Below are positions 37,691 to 46,444 of a DNA stretch of 55,434 bases, in pieces. Position numbers and translations under genes: made by a program. This DNA comes from Myxococcota bacterium (lineage in GTDB: Bacteria; Myxococcota; JACRCW01): contig JBFMGU010000035.1 in NCBI GenBank assembly GCA_040752415.1, forward strand, positions 1 through 55,434. Reading direction: 5' to 3'. The notes under the pieces were generated by a model. The model was given only the letters and a program-made list of their open reading frames with translations. It searched no databases and was not told the origin of the DNA. Each line of letters begins with the position of its first letter. Within the stretch, counting starts at the first letter, position 1.

Positions 37691-38737
37691 GTGTCCGTCC
37701 TGATGCAGGCCCTGGTCTTGGGTTTCGCTCTCTTGCCAGGTCAGACCATCACCGCGCAGGTTGGCGCGCTCTACGAAGGTGGCGATGCCGCCCGCCCTCA
37801 GCTCAACCGCTCTAAATGCGACGATCTCCAGGGAGTGGTGGACGTGCGCTACACCTACGCGCTCGCCCAGACCGGAACCATCACCACGGTGCCGGTGGCC
37901 GTCCTCTACACGCAGGACGTCAACATCCCGGCGGCATCCTCCACCACCACCGACACGACGACGACCACCACCACCACGTCTCCCGTGACCTGCAGCGAGC
38001 CTGCCGACGACAACATCCTGCTGGACAACATCGCGCTCAGCAGCGACACCGGTGAGGTGCTGGTCAGCAGCCTGTTGTACCTGACGCTGGACGAATTGAT
38101 GGGTGAGCTGTGCGACGAGGAAGCCGGCGTGCGGAAGCGACGCGCGGTCTGCCTGGGGATCCGTCCCAGCTCGGGGAGCACCACCGTGGCACGCGGTGGC
38201 GACGGGCCGGACATCGACACCGAGCCGCCCGGCGCACCGGGGTCCCTCAGCGCACAGGAGGGTGACGCCATCGCCATTGTTGACGTCGGGGCGCCCGCCG
38301 ACGCCGATGCCACGGAGCGCGCGGAGATGACGTACGTCGTCCAGTACCGGCGTTGCACACCGGAAGAAGCGGCCGCGCACGGAGTGGATGCGGGAGACGC
38401 TGGTGTGGCGACGGAAATGGACCCCTGCGGCCAGTACGTCGAGACCAGCGCCCAGGCGTCCCCGGTGGAGGTGTCCGGCCTGGACAATGACGTCGTCTAC
38501 CAGCTGCGCGCCTACGCGGTGGATGGTTTCGGCAACGCCGGCCCCGCAAGCGAAGCGACCGCCTTCGTCACACCGCGGAAGGAGTACGGATTCCTGGACC
38601 TCTATGGCGCGCCACTCCACGGCGCGAGTTGTGGTCACGCGCGGGTGTCAGCGGCCGAGCCGTTGCTGCTCCTGGTGATGGTCGCGGTGGTCCGCGGGCT
38701 CCGACGGCGTCGCCGCGGGTTGACCGCCGCGGCGTGA
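37691..38737 (+). CDS. FN3-containing surface protein with a MYXO-CTERM-like tail
   Basis: GGAGG then GTG; GLDNDVVYQLRAYAVDGFGN; C-terminal GASC plus TM plus RRRRR. Confidence 0.75.
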   Translation: MSVLMQALVLGFALLPGQTITAQVGALYEGGDAARPQLNRSKCDDLQGVVDVRYTYALAQTGTITTVPVAVLYTQDVNIPAASSTTTDTTTTTTTTSPVTCSEPADDNILLDNIALSSDTGEVLVSSLLYLTLDELMGELCDEEAGVRKRRAVCLGIRPSSGSTTVARGGDGPDIDTEPPGAPGSLSAQEGDAIAIVDVGAPADADATERAEMTYVVQYRRCTPEEAAAHGVDAGDAGVATEMDPCGQYVETSAQASPVEVSGLDNDVVYQLRAYAVDGFGNAGPASEATAFVTPRKEYGFLDLYGAPLHGASCGHARVSAAEPLLLLVMVAVVRGLRRRRRGLTAAA

Positions 38738-38992
38738 CGACGACCCAAGGGAGCGGAAAGACCCTCCCCAACGCCCCCGTCCACGATGACGTTGTGCGCA
38801 AATGTTCGCTCCGTCCCGGCCCCCGGGCTTTCCCCGGCCCGACCCCCACGTTAGGGTGGACCCGCGTTGGCGCGTTGTGGGGCACACCGTGTCAGCGCGG
38901 AGCGGCCGTTCACATCACCCGGCGAGCGAAGAGGTCGCGCTCGACGCGGTGGAGGTCGCGACCTGGCTCGGGGTGGAGTTGGGAGCGGTTCC

Positions 38993-41263
38993 TTGAGCAT
39001 TCGCATCACGGTTGTCGCCGGCACGCTGGGGCTGCTGGTGTTGAGCCTGCTCGTGGGCGTCGTGGGGTTGTCGGAAACCCGGGAGCTCAACCAGCGACTC
39101 GCGGAGATGTACACGCGTCACGTCGTTGACACGCGCGGGCTCTTTGAGGCGCAGCAGCTCATTGCCCAGCTGGACCTGGGGGTGGAGGAGCTGAAGAACG
39201 CCGACAGCGCCGCCGAGCGCGAAGATGACCTGGGGCAGCTGGCCCGCCATGAGGCCGCGCTCCAGACGGCGGTGACGAGCTTCCACGAGCGTCGCGGCCA
39301 TCCCCGGGAGGACCTCCTGGAGTTCACGGCCGCCTATGCCCGCTATGTGGCCGCCCGTGACGAGGTCATCCGTCTCTCCAAGGCCGGCCAGCTCAAGGCC
39401 GCCGACGACGTGCACGACGGCGAGCTGGGCGCCGCCGTCCGGGCCATGAACACCACGTTGCAGGGCTGGCTGGAGCGTGAGGACCGGGAGAGCCTGGCCG
39501 CCGCCGAGCGGGGACGAGCGTTGGCGGAACAGGCCGCTACGCGCATCCTCGTAGCACTGGCGCTGGCCATCCTGCTGGGGCTCCTCGTGGCGCGGCGCCT
39601 CACCCGCACCATTGCGGGCCTGGCCGCCGAGATGACCCACGCCGCGGCGCGCATTTCCCGAGGAGAAGTGGCCGTCTCGCTGCCGCGTGGCGGCGTGGGC
39701 GAGGTGGGAACCATGCGCGCCTCCTTCCGCGAGACGTTGACGCACCTGGAGCGTGTGACCAACGCGTTGGAGACGTTGGAGCGCGGGGAGCTGGGAACGC
39801 GCGTGCAGCTGAAGTCGGAGCGCGACGCGCTGGGACGCGCGTTCAACCGACTCTGTGAATCCCTGGACCAGCTCACGCGCTCCGCGGAGCGCCTGGCGCA
39901 GGGGGAGCTGGGTGGTGTCGTCGATCCGCGCGGGCCCGCGGACGTGCTGGGGCATGCGTTCGTGAAGATGCTGGCCTACCTGCGGGACATCGTGGGTGGG
40001 GCGCAGCGCCTGGCCGACGGAGACCTGACCAACCCCATCATCCCGCGCTCCCCGCGCGACCTGCTTGGCGCCGCGTTCGAGCGTGCGTTCCAGAACCTGC
40101 GCATGTTGCTGGGCAAGGTGCGGGAGGCGGCGGGTCGTGTCGACGGAGCGGCATCCGAGATCACACACGCCTCGTCCGTCTCCGCGCGCACCGTCGAGGA
40201 GCTGGGCAAGAACATCAGTTCCCTGGCGGCGGGCGCCGCGCGGCAGCACGCGGAGATGACCCAGGTCACGGGTCAGACCGAGGAGATCTTCCGCGTCATC
40301 CAAAGCGTGAAGGACGGCGCGCGCGACCAGGTGGCCGCGGTGGACCGCGCGCGCACCAGCGTGGAGTCCGTGTCCGCCGCGGTGGCGCAGGTGCTGGAGC
40401 ACGCGCAGCGCTCACAGCGGGAGTCCGATGACGCCGCGCGGGAGGCGCAGTCCGGGGTGGGGCGCGTGCAGCACCTCAACGACGCGCTGGAGGCCATGAA
40501 GACCTCCGCGCAGGCCGCGGCAACTCGCGTGGCGCACACGCGGGACCTGAACCAGCGCATCGGCATGATCGCCGAGCTGGTGGGGGACATCTCGCGAAGG
40601 ACCAACGTGCTGGCGCTGAACGCCTCCATTGCAGCGTCCCATGACAGCAGCGACGCTTCGCACAGCTTTGGCGTGGTGGCGTCGGAGGTACGGGAGCTGG
40701 CGCGGCAGACTGCACAATCCACCACGCAGGTGAGCACGTTGGTGACCAGTGTGCGGGAGGCCAGCCAGGAGGTGGAGGACGCCATGCGCAGCCTCTTCCT
40801 GCTGGTCGACGACGGAATCACCCGCGCCGCCGACGTGCGTGCCGCGCTGGAGACCAGCCACCACTCCGCGCAGGTGGTGAGCGCCAACATCACGCAGATC
40901 ACCGCCGGCGCGGAGGTGGTGGCACGCGGTGCCAGCCAGGTGATGGTGGCCATGAAGGGAGTGTCCGAGGTGGTCAAGCGCAACGCCAGCTCCATGGAGG
41001 AGTTGTCGTCGAGCGGCACGCACATCCGCGCGGCGGTGGACCAGATGTCGGCCATCAGCCAGTCCACCACGGTGGCCACCAATGATCTCGCTGCGCAGGC
41101 CCAGGAGCTCATTGCGGCGGTGGATCAGACCGCGGCGGCGGCCAAGGCCCTGCAGGAGCTGAGCGGTGAGCTGATGGTGGCGGTGGGGCGCTTCCGCCTG
41201 CCCGCCGGCGGAGGTGTGCCGTACGTCGGTGGCGCGACGAAGACGCTGGCCGGGGTTGTCTGA
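38993..41263 (+). CDS. Methyl-accepting chemotaxis protein (4-helix-bundle sensor, tandem HAMPs)
   Basis: Two TM helices, several HAMP-like units (DALGRAF, DVLGHAF, DLLGAAF), TNVLALNA...FGVVASEVRELA. Confidence 0.92.
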   Translation: MSIRITVVAGTLGLLVLSLLVGVVGLSETRELNQRLAEMYTRHVVDTRGLFEAQQLIAQLDLGVEELKNADSAAEREDDLGQLARHEAALQTAVTSFHERRGHPREDLLEFTAAYARYVAARDEVIRLSKAGQLKAADDVHDGELGAAVRAMNTTLQGWLEREDRESLAAAERGRALAEQAATRILVALALAILLGLLVARRLTRTIAGLAAEMTHAAARISRGEVAVSLPRGGVGEVGTMRASFRETLTHLERVTNALETLERGELGTRVQLKSERDALGRAFNRLCESLDQLTRSAERLAQGELGGVVDPRGPADVLGHAFVKMLAYLRDIVGGAQRLADGDLTNPIIPRSPRDLLGAAFERAFQNLRMLLGKVREAAGRVDGAASEITHASSVSARTVEELGKNISSLAAGAARQHAEMTQVTGQTEEIFRVIQSVKDGARDQVAAVDRARTSVESVSAAVAQVLEHAQRSQRESDDAAREAQSGVGRVQHLNDALEAMKTSAQAAATRVAHTRDLNQRIGMIAELVGDISRRTNVLALNASIAASHDSSDASHSFGVVASEVRELARQTAQSTTQVSTLVTSVREASQEVEDAMRSLFLLVDDGITRAADVRAALETSHHSAQVVSANITQITAGAEVVARGASQVMVAMKGVSEVVKRNASSMEELSSSGTHIRAAVDQMSAISQSTTVATNDLAAQAQELIAAVDQTAAAAKALQELSGELMVAVGRFRLPAGGGVPYVGGATKTLAGVV
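41063..41263. repeat. Direct repeat 3, in-gene copy (MCP 3' end, 201 bp)
   Basis: 8 mismatches against 45447-45647, with an identical 124-bp core at 41087-41210. Confidence 0.97.
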
Positions 41264-41328
41264 CCCTCACCGGGGCCGAGGTGGCCGGGGCATGAACATT
41301 GCGACGGGACCGCGTGAGGAGGCGCGGC

Positions 41329-41736
41329 ATGGGAACAAGCGGGCACGGTGCGCTGGGTCTGCTCGTCCTGGTGGGATGCGCAGTGGTGCCAGGCAACCAC
41401 CCTGTATCCTCCGAGTGTGGTGAGCTGGGTACACTCGCGGATGCCTGTTACGTGTTCATCGAGCCAGGCATCACGCGCTGGTGCGTGGCTTCCGACAACG
41501 ACGCTCCCGACGGCTGGTCCACCTCCGCCTGCAAGCGGACACTCCGGGAGAATGATCGCCGGTGCTGGTCGGACGCGCTGTGCATGAATCGCGTGAGCAG
41601 TTGCCAGGTGGCCATGGCCTCCGCGCCCGCCGGATGCGCAGCGCGACGGGAGGTCCTTCGCACCCATGACGATTGCACGAGCATGTGCAACGTGCCGGGC
41701 GCCCTGCTGGAGGTGGTGGAGAAGTCTGGGGAATGA
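41329..41736 (+). CDS. Small Cys-rich lipoprotein
   Basis: GAGGAGG RBS; lipobox LVLVGC; many cysteines. Confidence 0.7.
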   Translation: MGTSGHGALGLLVLVGCAVVPGNHPVSSECGELGTLADACYVFIEPGITRWCVASDNDAPDGWSTSACKRTLRENDRRCWSDALCMNRVSSCQVAMASAPAGCAARREVLRTHDDCTSMCNVPGALLEVVEKSGE

Positions 41737-41796
41737 CCGTTTCCCCGCCAGCAGGGGCTTGGCAATGTCGCGCCGGTTGTATCCCGCGCCGAAAAC

Positions 41797-41955
41797 TTTG
41801 GCGTGCTCGCACCGCGCGCGAGGCTGCGTGCCAAGGTGGTGCCTCAGCTGCCCGTACCCCCGAAGGCGCCTCCTCATGACGGCAAACACGACCGCGCCGC
41901 CAGGTACACGTTGCCCTGGGCCGAGCTGCTGAGGCGTGTTTGGGGCATCCTCTGC
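41797..41955 (+). mobile_element. IS91-family transposase C-terminal remnant
   Basis: FGVLAPRARLRAKVVP...LPWAELLRRVWGI resembles the IS91/ISCR transposase C-terminus. Confidence 0.7.
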
Positions 41956-42077
41956 TTCATGGCCGCCTCCTGCCAGGCCGTCGAAGAACGAAAAGATCAG
42001 AGATTCCGATTCCTTGCGCTTGATCTGCGCGCGGTGCTGAAATGATCACTTCCGCGTTGCGGTGCAACTGACTCAAC

Positions 42078-42916
42078 ATGCGCGGACAGGAACCAAAGCA
42101 GTTGACAATGGCGGCGTTCATTTCCATTGAGCAGGGTACGTTCACCGCCAACCGCAGCAACCTGCGGCTGCAGTTGTTGGTCGAGCGCTTCTTTCAGGTC
42201 CAGCTTCAGTTCCTCCGTGAATCGGGCCTCATCAGCGATGAGCACCTCAGCGTCGACGGCACGTTGCTTCAGGCTTGGGCGTCGCAAAAGAGCTTGGTTG
42301 AGCGTTCGAAGCTCGACGATGACGGCAAGCCACCAAAGCCGACCAAGGGCGGACGCAACGCGTGGCACGATTTCAAGGGCGAGAACCGCTCCAGCGCGAC
42401 CCACGTGTCGGCGTCGGACCCGGATGCCAAGCTCGCATCCAAGGGCGGCACACCCAAGCTCGCACACGAGATGTCGATCTTGGCGGAGAACCGGAACAAC
42501 TTTGCGATCGGGATCGGGATTCGCGCGCCAGAGCGTCGAGCAAATCGGAACGCGACGCGGCAGAAAAGATGACCGCGCGCGAAGTACGAGACGGCCGTCA
42601 GCCAAGAACCGTCGGGGGAGACCGCGCGTACGCCGACGGCGACGACCTGGTCCTGAAGCTGGATCAGATGGGGATCTTCGCGCACTTCGCCGCGCGAGAT
42701 GACCGACCCAACGCCCTTGCGCGTGTCAATCACGACGACCCCGGGTACGCCGTGAGCATCCGGAAGCGCATGCGCATCGAGGAGATCATCTCCTTCGTGA
42801 AGTGCATCTCCGGATTGGACCAAGTGAAGGTGCGGGGCCACATCAACGTTTTCGGTGTTGGGACGATGGCGCTGATTGCTTACAACTTCACGCGCCTCGC
42901 ACATCTCGCCGTGTAA
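42078..42916 (+). mobile_element. IS5-family transposase pseudogene (internal deletion plus frameshift)
   Basis: MRG...Q.TM..FIS.E joined directly to TFTANR; LISDEHLSVDGTLLQAWAS; DPDAKL; second frame TVGGDRAY...RMRIEE...AYNFTRL. Confidence 0.88.
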
Positions 42917-43141
42917 CAACTGATGTAAGGCGTTGCAGACCAAATCCCTTCGCACGCATCCCGCCAGACACAGATGCACGCAAAGAGTGTTCCGATGCCC
43001 ATCCAAGAATCACCAGGAGGCGTTTTCCCAATGACGAAGCCGCCGTAGCCGCACCAGTCACCCAATACTGACGATGGCTGCTGCGCCACGACGGACCAAC
43101 TTGTCGCTGCGCGTATTTCGATGGCCTGATAGGGTCGCCGG

Positions 43142-44380
43142 ATGACCACACCACTCGACGTCATCCGCCAGCCATTGACCACCACCGACGGTTACTGGAC
43201 CGAAGCGCGCCTGCGTGAGACGCGTCCCAAGGAACCGGACCCTGTTGCCGCTGACATGCCAGGGCTCGTCCTGCGTGCCGCCGAGCCGCCCATACGCGTC
43301 AAAGACGAGTGGCTCACGGAGTTCCCCTTCAAGGCGATTGGTAAGCTCGTGTTTTCCTGGAACGGGGGGAGCTACCAGGGCACCGCTTTTGCGTATGGCC
43401 CCACTCTCCTGGTCACCGCCGCGCACAACGTCTACGACGAGGGACAGTGGAGCTCGAACCTGTCGTTTCAGCTCCAGGCATCTGAGCAGGGCAACGCCGG
43501 CGTGTTCGCGTGCACCATCGGGTACATCCTCCGCGGCTGGTCCGACACGGCGGAGTCGCAGTACGACATCGCGTTGCTGACGACGGTCGGACGGCCTGGT
43601 GACCTCGGAGCGCTCGACATCTTCAAACCCGTACCCGCGGACCTGGGGGACTTTGTGCCGGTCGGTTACCCCGCCTCGGATTGGGGCGGGGTCAGCTATG
43701 ACGGACGGAGCATGTGGTACCAGCTCCTCGAGCCAAAACCGGAAGCGGACGGCTGCAGACTCGCTGGTCCCTACGCGTTGACCAAGGGCATGAGTGGCGG
43801 CCCTTGGCTTGCCCGGTGCGAGCCCATGGGCTCGGCCATGAACGTGGCCCTGGCGACCCACAGCAATTCCAAGGTGATTTCCCCGGGGCGCCAGCGCGTC
43901 GCTGGCGCTGCGGTGTGGGGCCAGAACATGGAGAACCTGGTGGCCGCCCAGCTCCCAGACAACCCGCCGCCAGCTGGCATCACCGGCGCCCTCGGTACCG
44001 GTGCGGCCAGGGTCATCGGCGCCGCCGACGCCGACGGTCCACACCTCTGGTACACGAGCACGGATCCTGCGGACATGGTGGTGCAATTCGCGTTCACGTT
44101 CGGCCAGGACCCCGCCAGCCGCGCCATCTCGGTCTGCATGCAGGCCATCAATCCGACGTCGAAGTGGGGGGACTTCATCGCACCGGTGAATGGTGTCGTC
44201 GTCCACTCTCTGGATCGCACGTATTGGATCCTCGAGCTGACCTCCGTCGCCACACCCACCACGGTGACTGGCTACGTTGGCATCTCGGGCGCCGGCTACC
44301 TCGGCCTCAGCTCAGATGGCACGTTGTGTCTGACGACGGGCAAGCAGACCCGGTGGACCTTCAGCGCGTCGTCGGGCTGA
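43142..44380 (+). CDS. Trypsin/V8-like serine protease with a C-terminal beta domain
   Basis: IGKLVF, VTAAHNV, YDIALL and GMSGGPW motifs. Confidence 0.85.
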   Translation: MTTPLDVIRQPLTTTDGYWTEARLRETRPKEPDPVAADMPGLVLRAAEPPIRVKDEWLTEFPFKAIGKLVFSWNGGSYQGTAFAYGPTLLVTAAHNVYDEGQWSSNLSFQLQASEQGNAGVFACTIGYILRGWSDTAESQYDIALLTTVGRPGDLGALDIFKPVPADLGDFVPVGYPASDWGGVSYDGRSMWYQLLEPKPEADGCRLAGPYALTKGMSGGPWLARCEPMGSAMNVALATHSNSKVISPGRQRVAGAAVWGQNMENLVAAQLPDNPPPAGITGALGTGAARVIGAADADGPHLWYTSTDPADMVVQFAFTFGQDPASRAISVCMQAINPTSKWGDFIAPVNGVVVHSLDRTYWILELTSVATPTTVTGYVGISGAGYLGLSSDGTLCLTTGKQTRWTFSASSG

Positions 44381-44412
44381 GCCTCAGTCCGGGGGCGCGG
44401 CAGGACGACGAG

Positions 44413-45075
44413 TCAGGTGGGGGGCTTGAGGAAACCCTGGACCATGAACAGGCTGTCCTCCTGGTCGGGGCGGCCCAGTCAGAAACAGCTAATCCCCGGT
44501 CTCAGGCTCGAAGTAGGCGCCCCAGGGCTTGGGGAACGTCGTGAAGAAGTCGTGGTGGGTGTCGGGGATCGGGTCCCCCTCGTTGTCGACCTCGTAGGCC
44601 GCAACCTTCCCGACGGACCACTCCGCCACCATGATGCTCTGGACCGGAAACCCATTGGCCCCGCGGGCACCCACGCCACACCGCCTGGACCGTTGGGCAA
44701 CGCAATCCCCGTGCCCGTCACCGACGTCACCGTGTTGACCCGGTGCCACAGCCCGTCGGGCCAGCCGAGAATGCGCAGGCCACCCGGATCCCCAGCCACG
44801 CTCGCCGGCACCATGCCCAGCCCGCCCGCGCTGTCGCCGGACTGGCCCACGGTGCGCAGATCCACCGTGTACTGGGGAGTGGTTTGGCCCGGGACAATCT
44901 CGCCGAAGCCGAACGTGGGCCATCCCGTGAACAGCAGCGTGCCGCTCGCCGTCTCGATGAGGTTGGCGTCGATGTTCGGCACCTCGGCAACCCGCGTGGC
45001 GGTGCCCACGTAGGAATCGATGTGGCCGCAGTTGTCGCGCTGGATCCCGATGCGGTAGAGCCCGCCGGCAGCACG
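44413..45075 (-). pseudogene. 5'-truncated beta-propeller-like secreted-protein gene
   Basis: Coherent protein-like sequence across ORFs 44479 and 44489 with a frameshift near 44660, TAG at 44489-44491 and a terminal VQGFLKPPT*. Confidence 0.55.
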
Positions 45076-45444
45076 CTGCGGGGCATGCTGCACGGGCACG
45101 CGCTCAAACCGGAGCTGCACCGCGTGATGGTGGAGCAGCTGCCGCGCATCCAGGGCTTCGACAAGGTGCGGGAGATCAACCGCATGGCCCAGGCGCTGGT
45201 CCGCGATTACCTCCAGCGGCACACCGCGCGCCTGCGGCCCAAGAACCTCGAGCTGGCGAGCTTCCTCATCGTCTACGCGGTGGAGGCGGCCACCCATGCG
45301 GCCATCAGCGAGCGCCCCGTTGCGCTGGATGATGATGAGCTGTCCGAGGAGATCAGCCAGATCGCGCTGCGCTACCTGATCACCGACGCGGTGGCGTCGG
45401 CACCCGCCGTGCCGCTTGCAGGGGGGCCGGTGGCGGCCGCATAA
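45076..45444 (+). pseudogene. TetR-family regulator C-terminal half (HTH missing)
   Basis: PELHRVMVEQLPR...LELASFLIVYAVEAATH...EEISQIALRYL. Confidence 0.65.
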
Positions 45445-45446
45445 GC

Positions 45447-45647
45447 TCCACCACCGTGGTCACCAATGACCTCGCTGCGCAGGCCCAGGAGCTCATTGCG
45501 GCGGTGGATCAGACCGCGGCGGCGGCCAAGGCCCTGCAGGAGCTGAGCGGTGAGCTGATGGTGGCGGTGGGGCGCTTCCGCCTGCCCGCCGGCGCTGGTG
45601 CGCCGCACGTCGGTGGCGTGACGAAGACGCTGGCCGGGGTTGTCTGA
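45447..45647. repeat. Direct repeat 3, orphan copy of the MCP 3' end
   Basis: Encodes TNDLAAQAQELIAAVDQ...KTLAGVV*; 193/201 identical to 41063-41263. Confidence 0.97.
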
Positions 45648-45805
45648 GAATGACCGCTTCCCCGCGGAGCATGTGTGAACGCCGACGCGGGGCGGCAAGG
45701 GGTCCGTAGCGTTACAGCGGTTCCCGGTGAGGTTGACCGTGGCGGCGGGTGAAACTGACACCCGCGAAGCGATGGCCCTTGGCCTCAGCCTCGCTCCGGA
45801 CGCAC

Positions 45806-45831
45806 TTGACAACATGTGTCGGAGTTGTCAA
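45806..45831 (+). promoter_or_regulatory. Probable TetR operator overlapping a -35 TTGACA
   Basis: Perfect inverted repeat TTGACAAC-N10-GTTGTCAA, 10 bp upstream of the tetR ATG. Confidence 0.75.
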
Positions 45832-45841
45832 CCATGTCGGC

Positions 45842-46444
45842 ATGGCAGCTCCCCCACGGTCCGCGGAAAAGCCGGACGACGCACGCCGGCACCAGCTCCT
45901 GGAGGCGGCGCAGGGCGTGTTCCTGCGCTACGGGTTCCGCAAGACGTCCATGGACGAGGTGGCGCGCGTGGCGGAGGTCTCCCGCCAGGGCCTCTACCTG
46001 CACTTCGCCACCAAGGAAGAGCTCTTCCGCGCGGCGTTCCAGCACGCCCTGGACAGCGCGCTGCGCCAGGCCACCGCGCGACTCAAGGACCCCTCACGCT
46101 CGTGGGAGGAGCGGTTGGTGGGCGCGTTTGATGAGCTGGTGGGTCGGTACGTGGGCGTGATGGGCGCGGGCGCGTCGGACCTGGCGGAGGCGGGGCGCAC
46201 GCTGGTGGGGCCCATGCTGGCTGAGCACGAGGAGGCGGCGTTGGAGGCGGTGGCGCGCGCCATTCGCAGCTCGGGGCTGGTTGCCGCGTACAAGCCCGCG
46301 GGTCTCACCGCTCGCCAGCTCGCCGACGTCCTGTACGCCACGGCGCGTGGCCTCAAGCACAGCTGCGTTTCGCGGGAGAAGTTCGTGGAAGCGTTCACCC
46401 TGGCGGCGCGTGCCCTGTGCATGCCCTTGCGGGAGTCACGGTGA
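45842..46444 (+). CDS. TetR/AcrR-family regulator
   Basis: GFRKTSMDEVARVAEVSRQGLYLHFATKEELF. Confidence 0.95.
   Translation: MAAPPRSAEKPDDARRHQLLEAAQGVFLRYGFRKTSMDEVARVAEVSRQGLYLHFATKEELFRAAFQHALDSALRQATARLKDPSRSWEERLVGAFDELVGRYVGVMGAGASDLAEAGRTLVGPMLAEHEEAALEAVARAIRSSGLVAAYKPAGLTARQLADVLYATARGLKHSCVSREKFVEAFTLAARALCMPLRESR

Noticed and set aside
37938..37980. ACC/ACG triplet run
   Set aside because: It is an in-frame poly-Thr linker, not a phase-variable repeat.
2515..45647. Gene-end repeats as diversity-generating retroelement TR/VR pairs
   Set aside because: The mismatches are not adenine-specific on either strand, one pair is identical, and no reverse transcriptase is present in the window.
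45456..45647. 63-aa ORF as an independent gene
   Set aside because: It is the duplicated MCP C-terminus and has no RBS.
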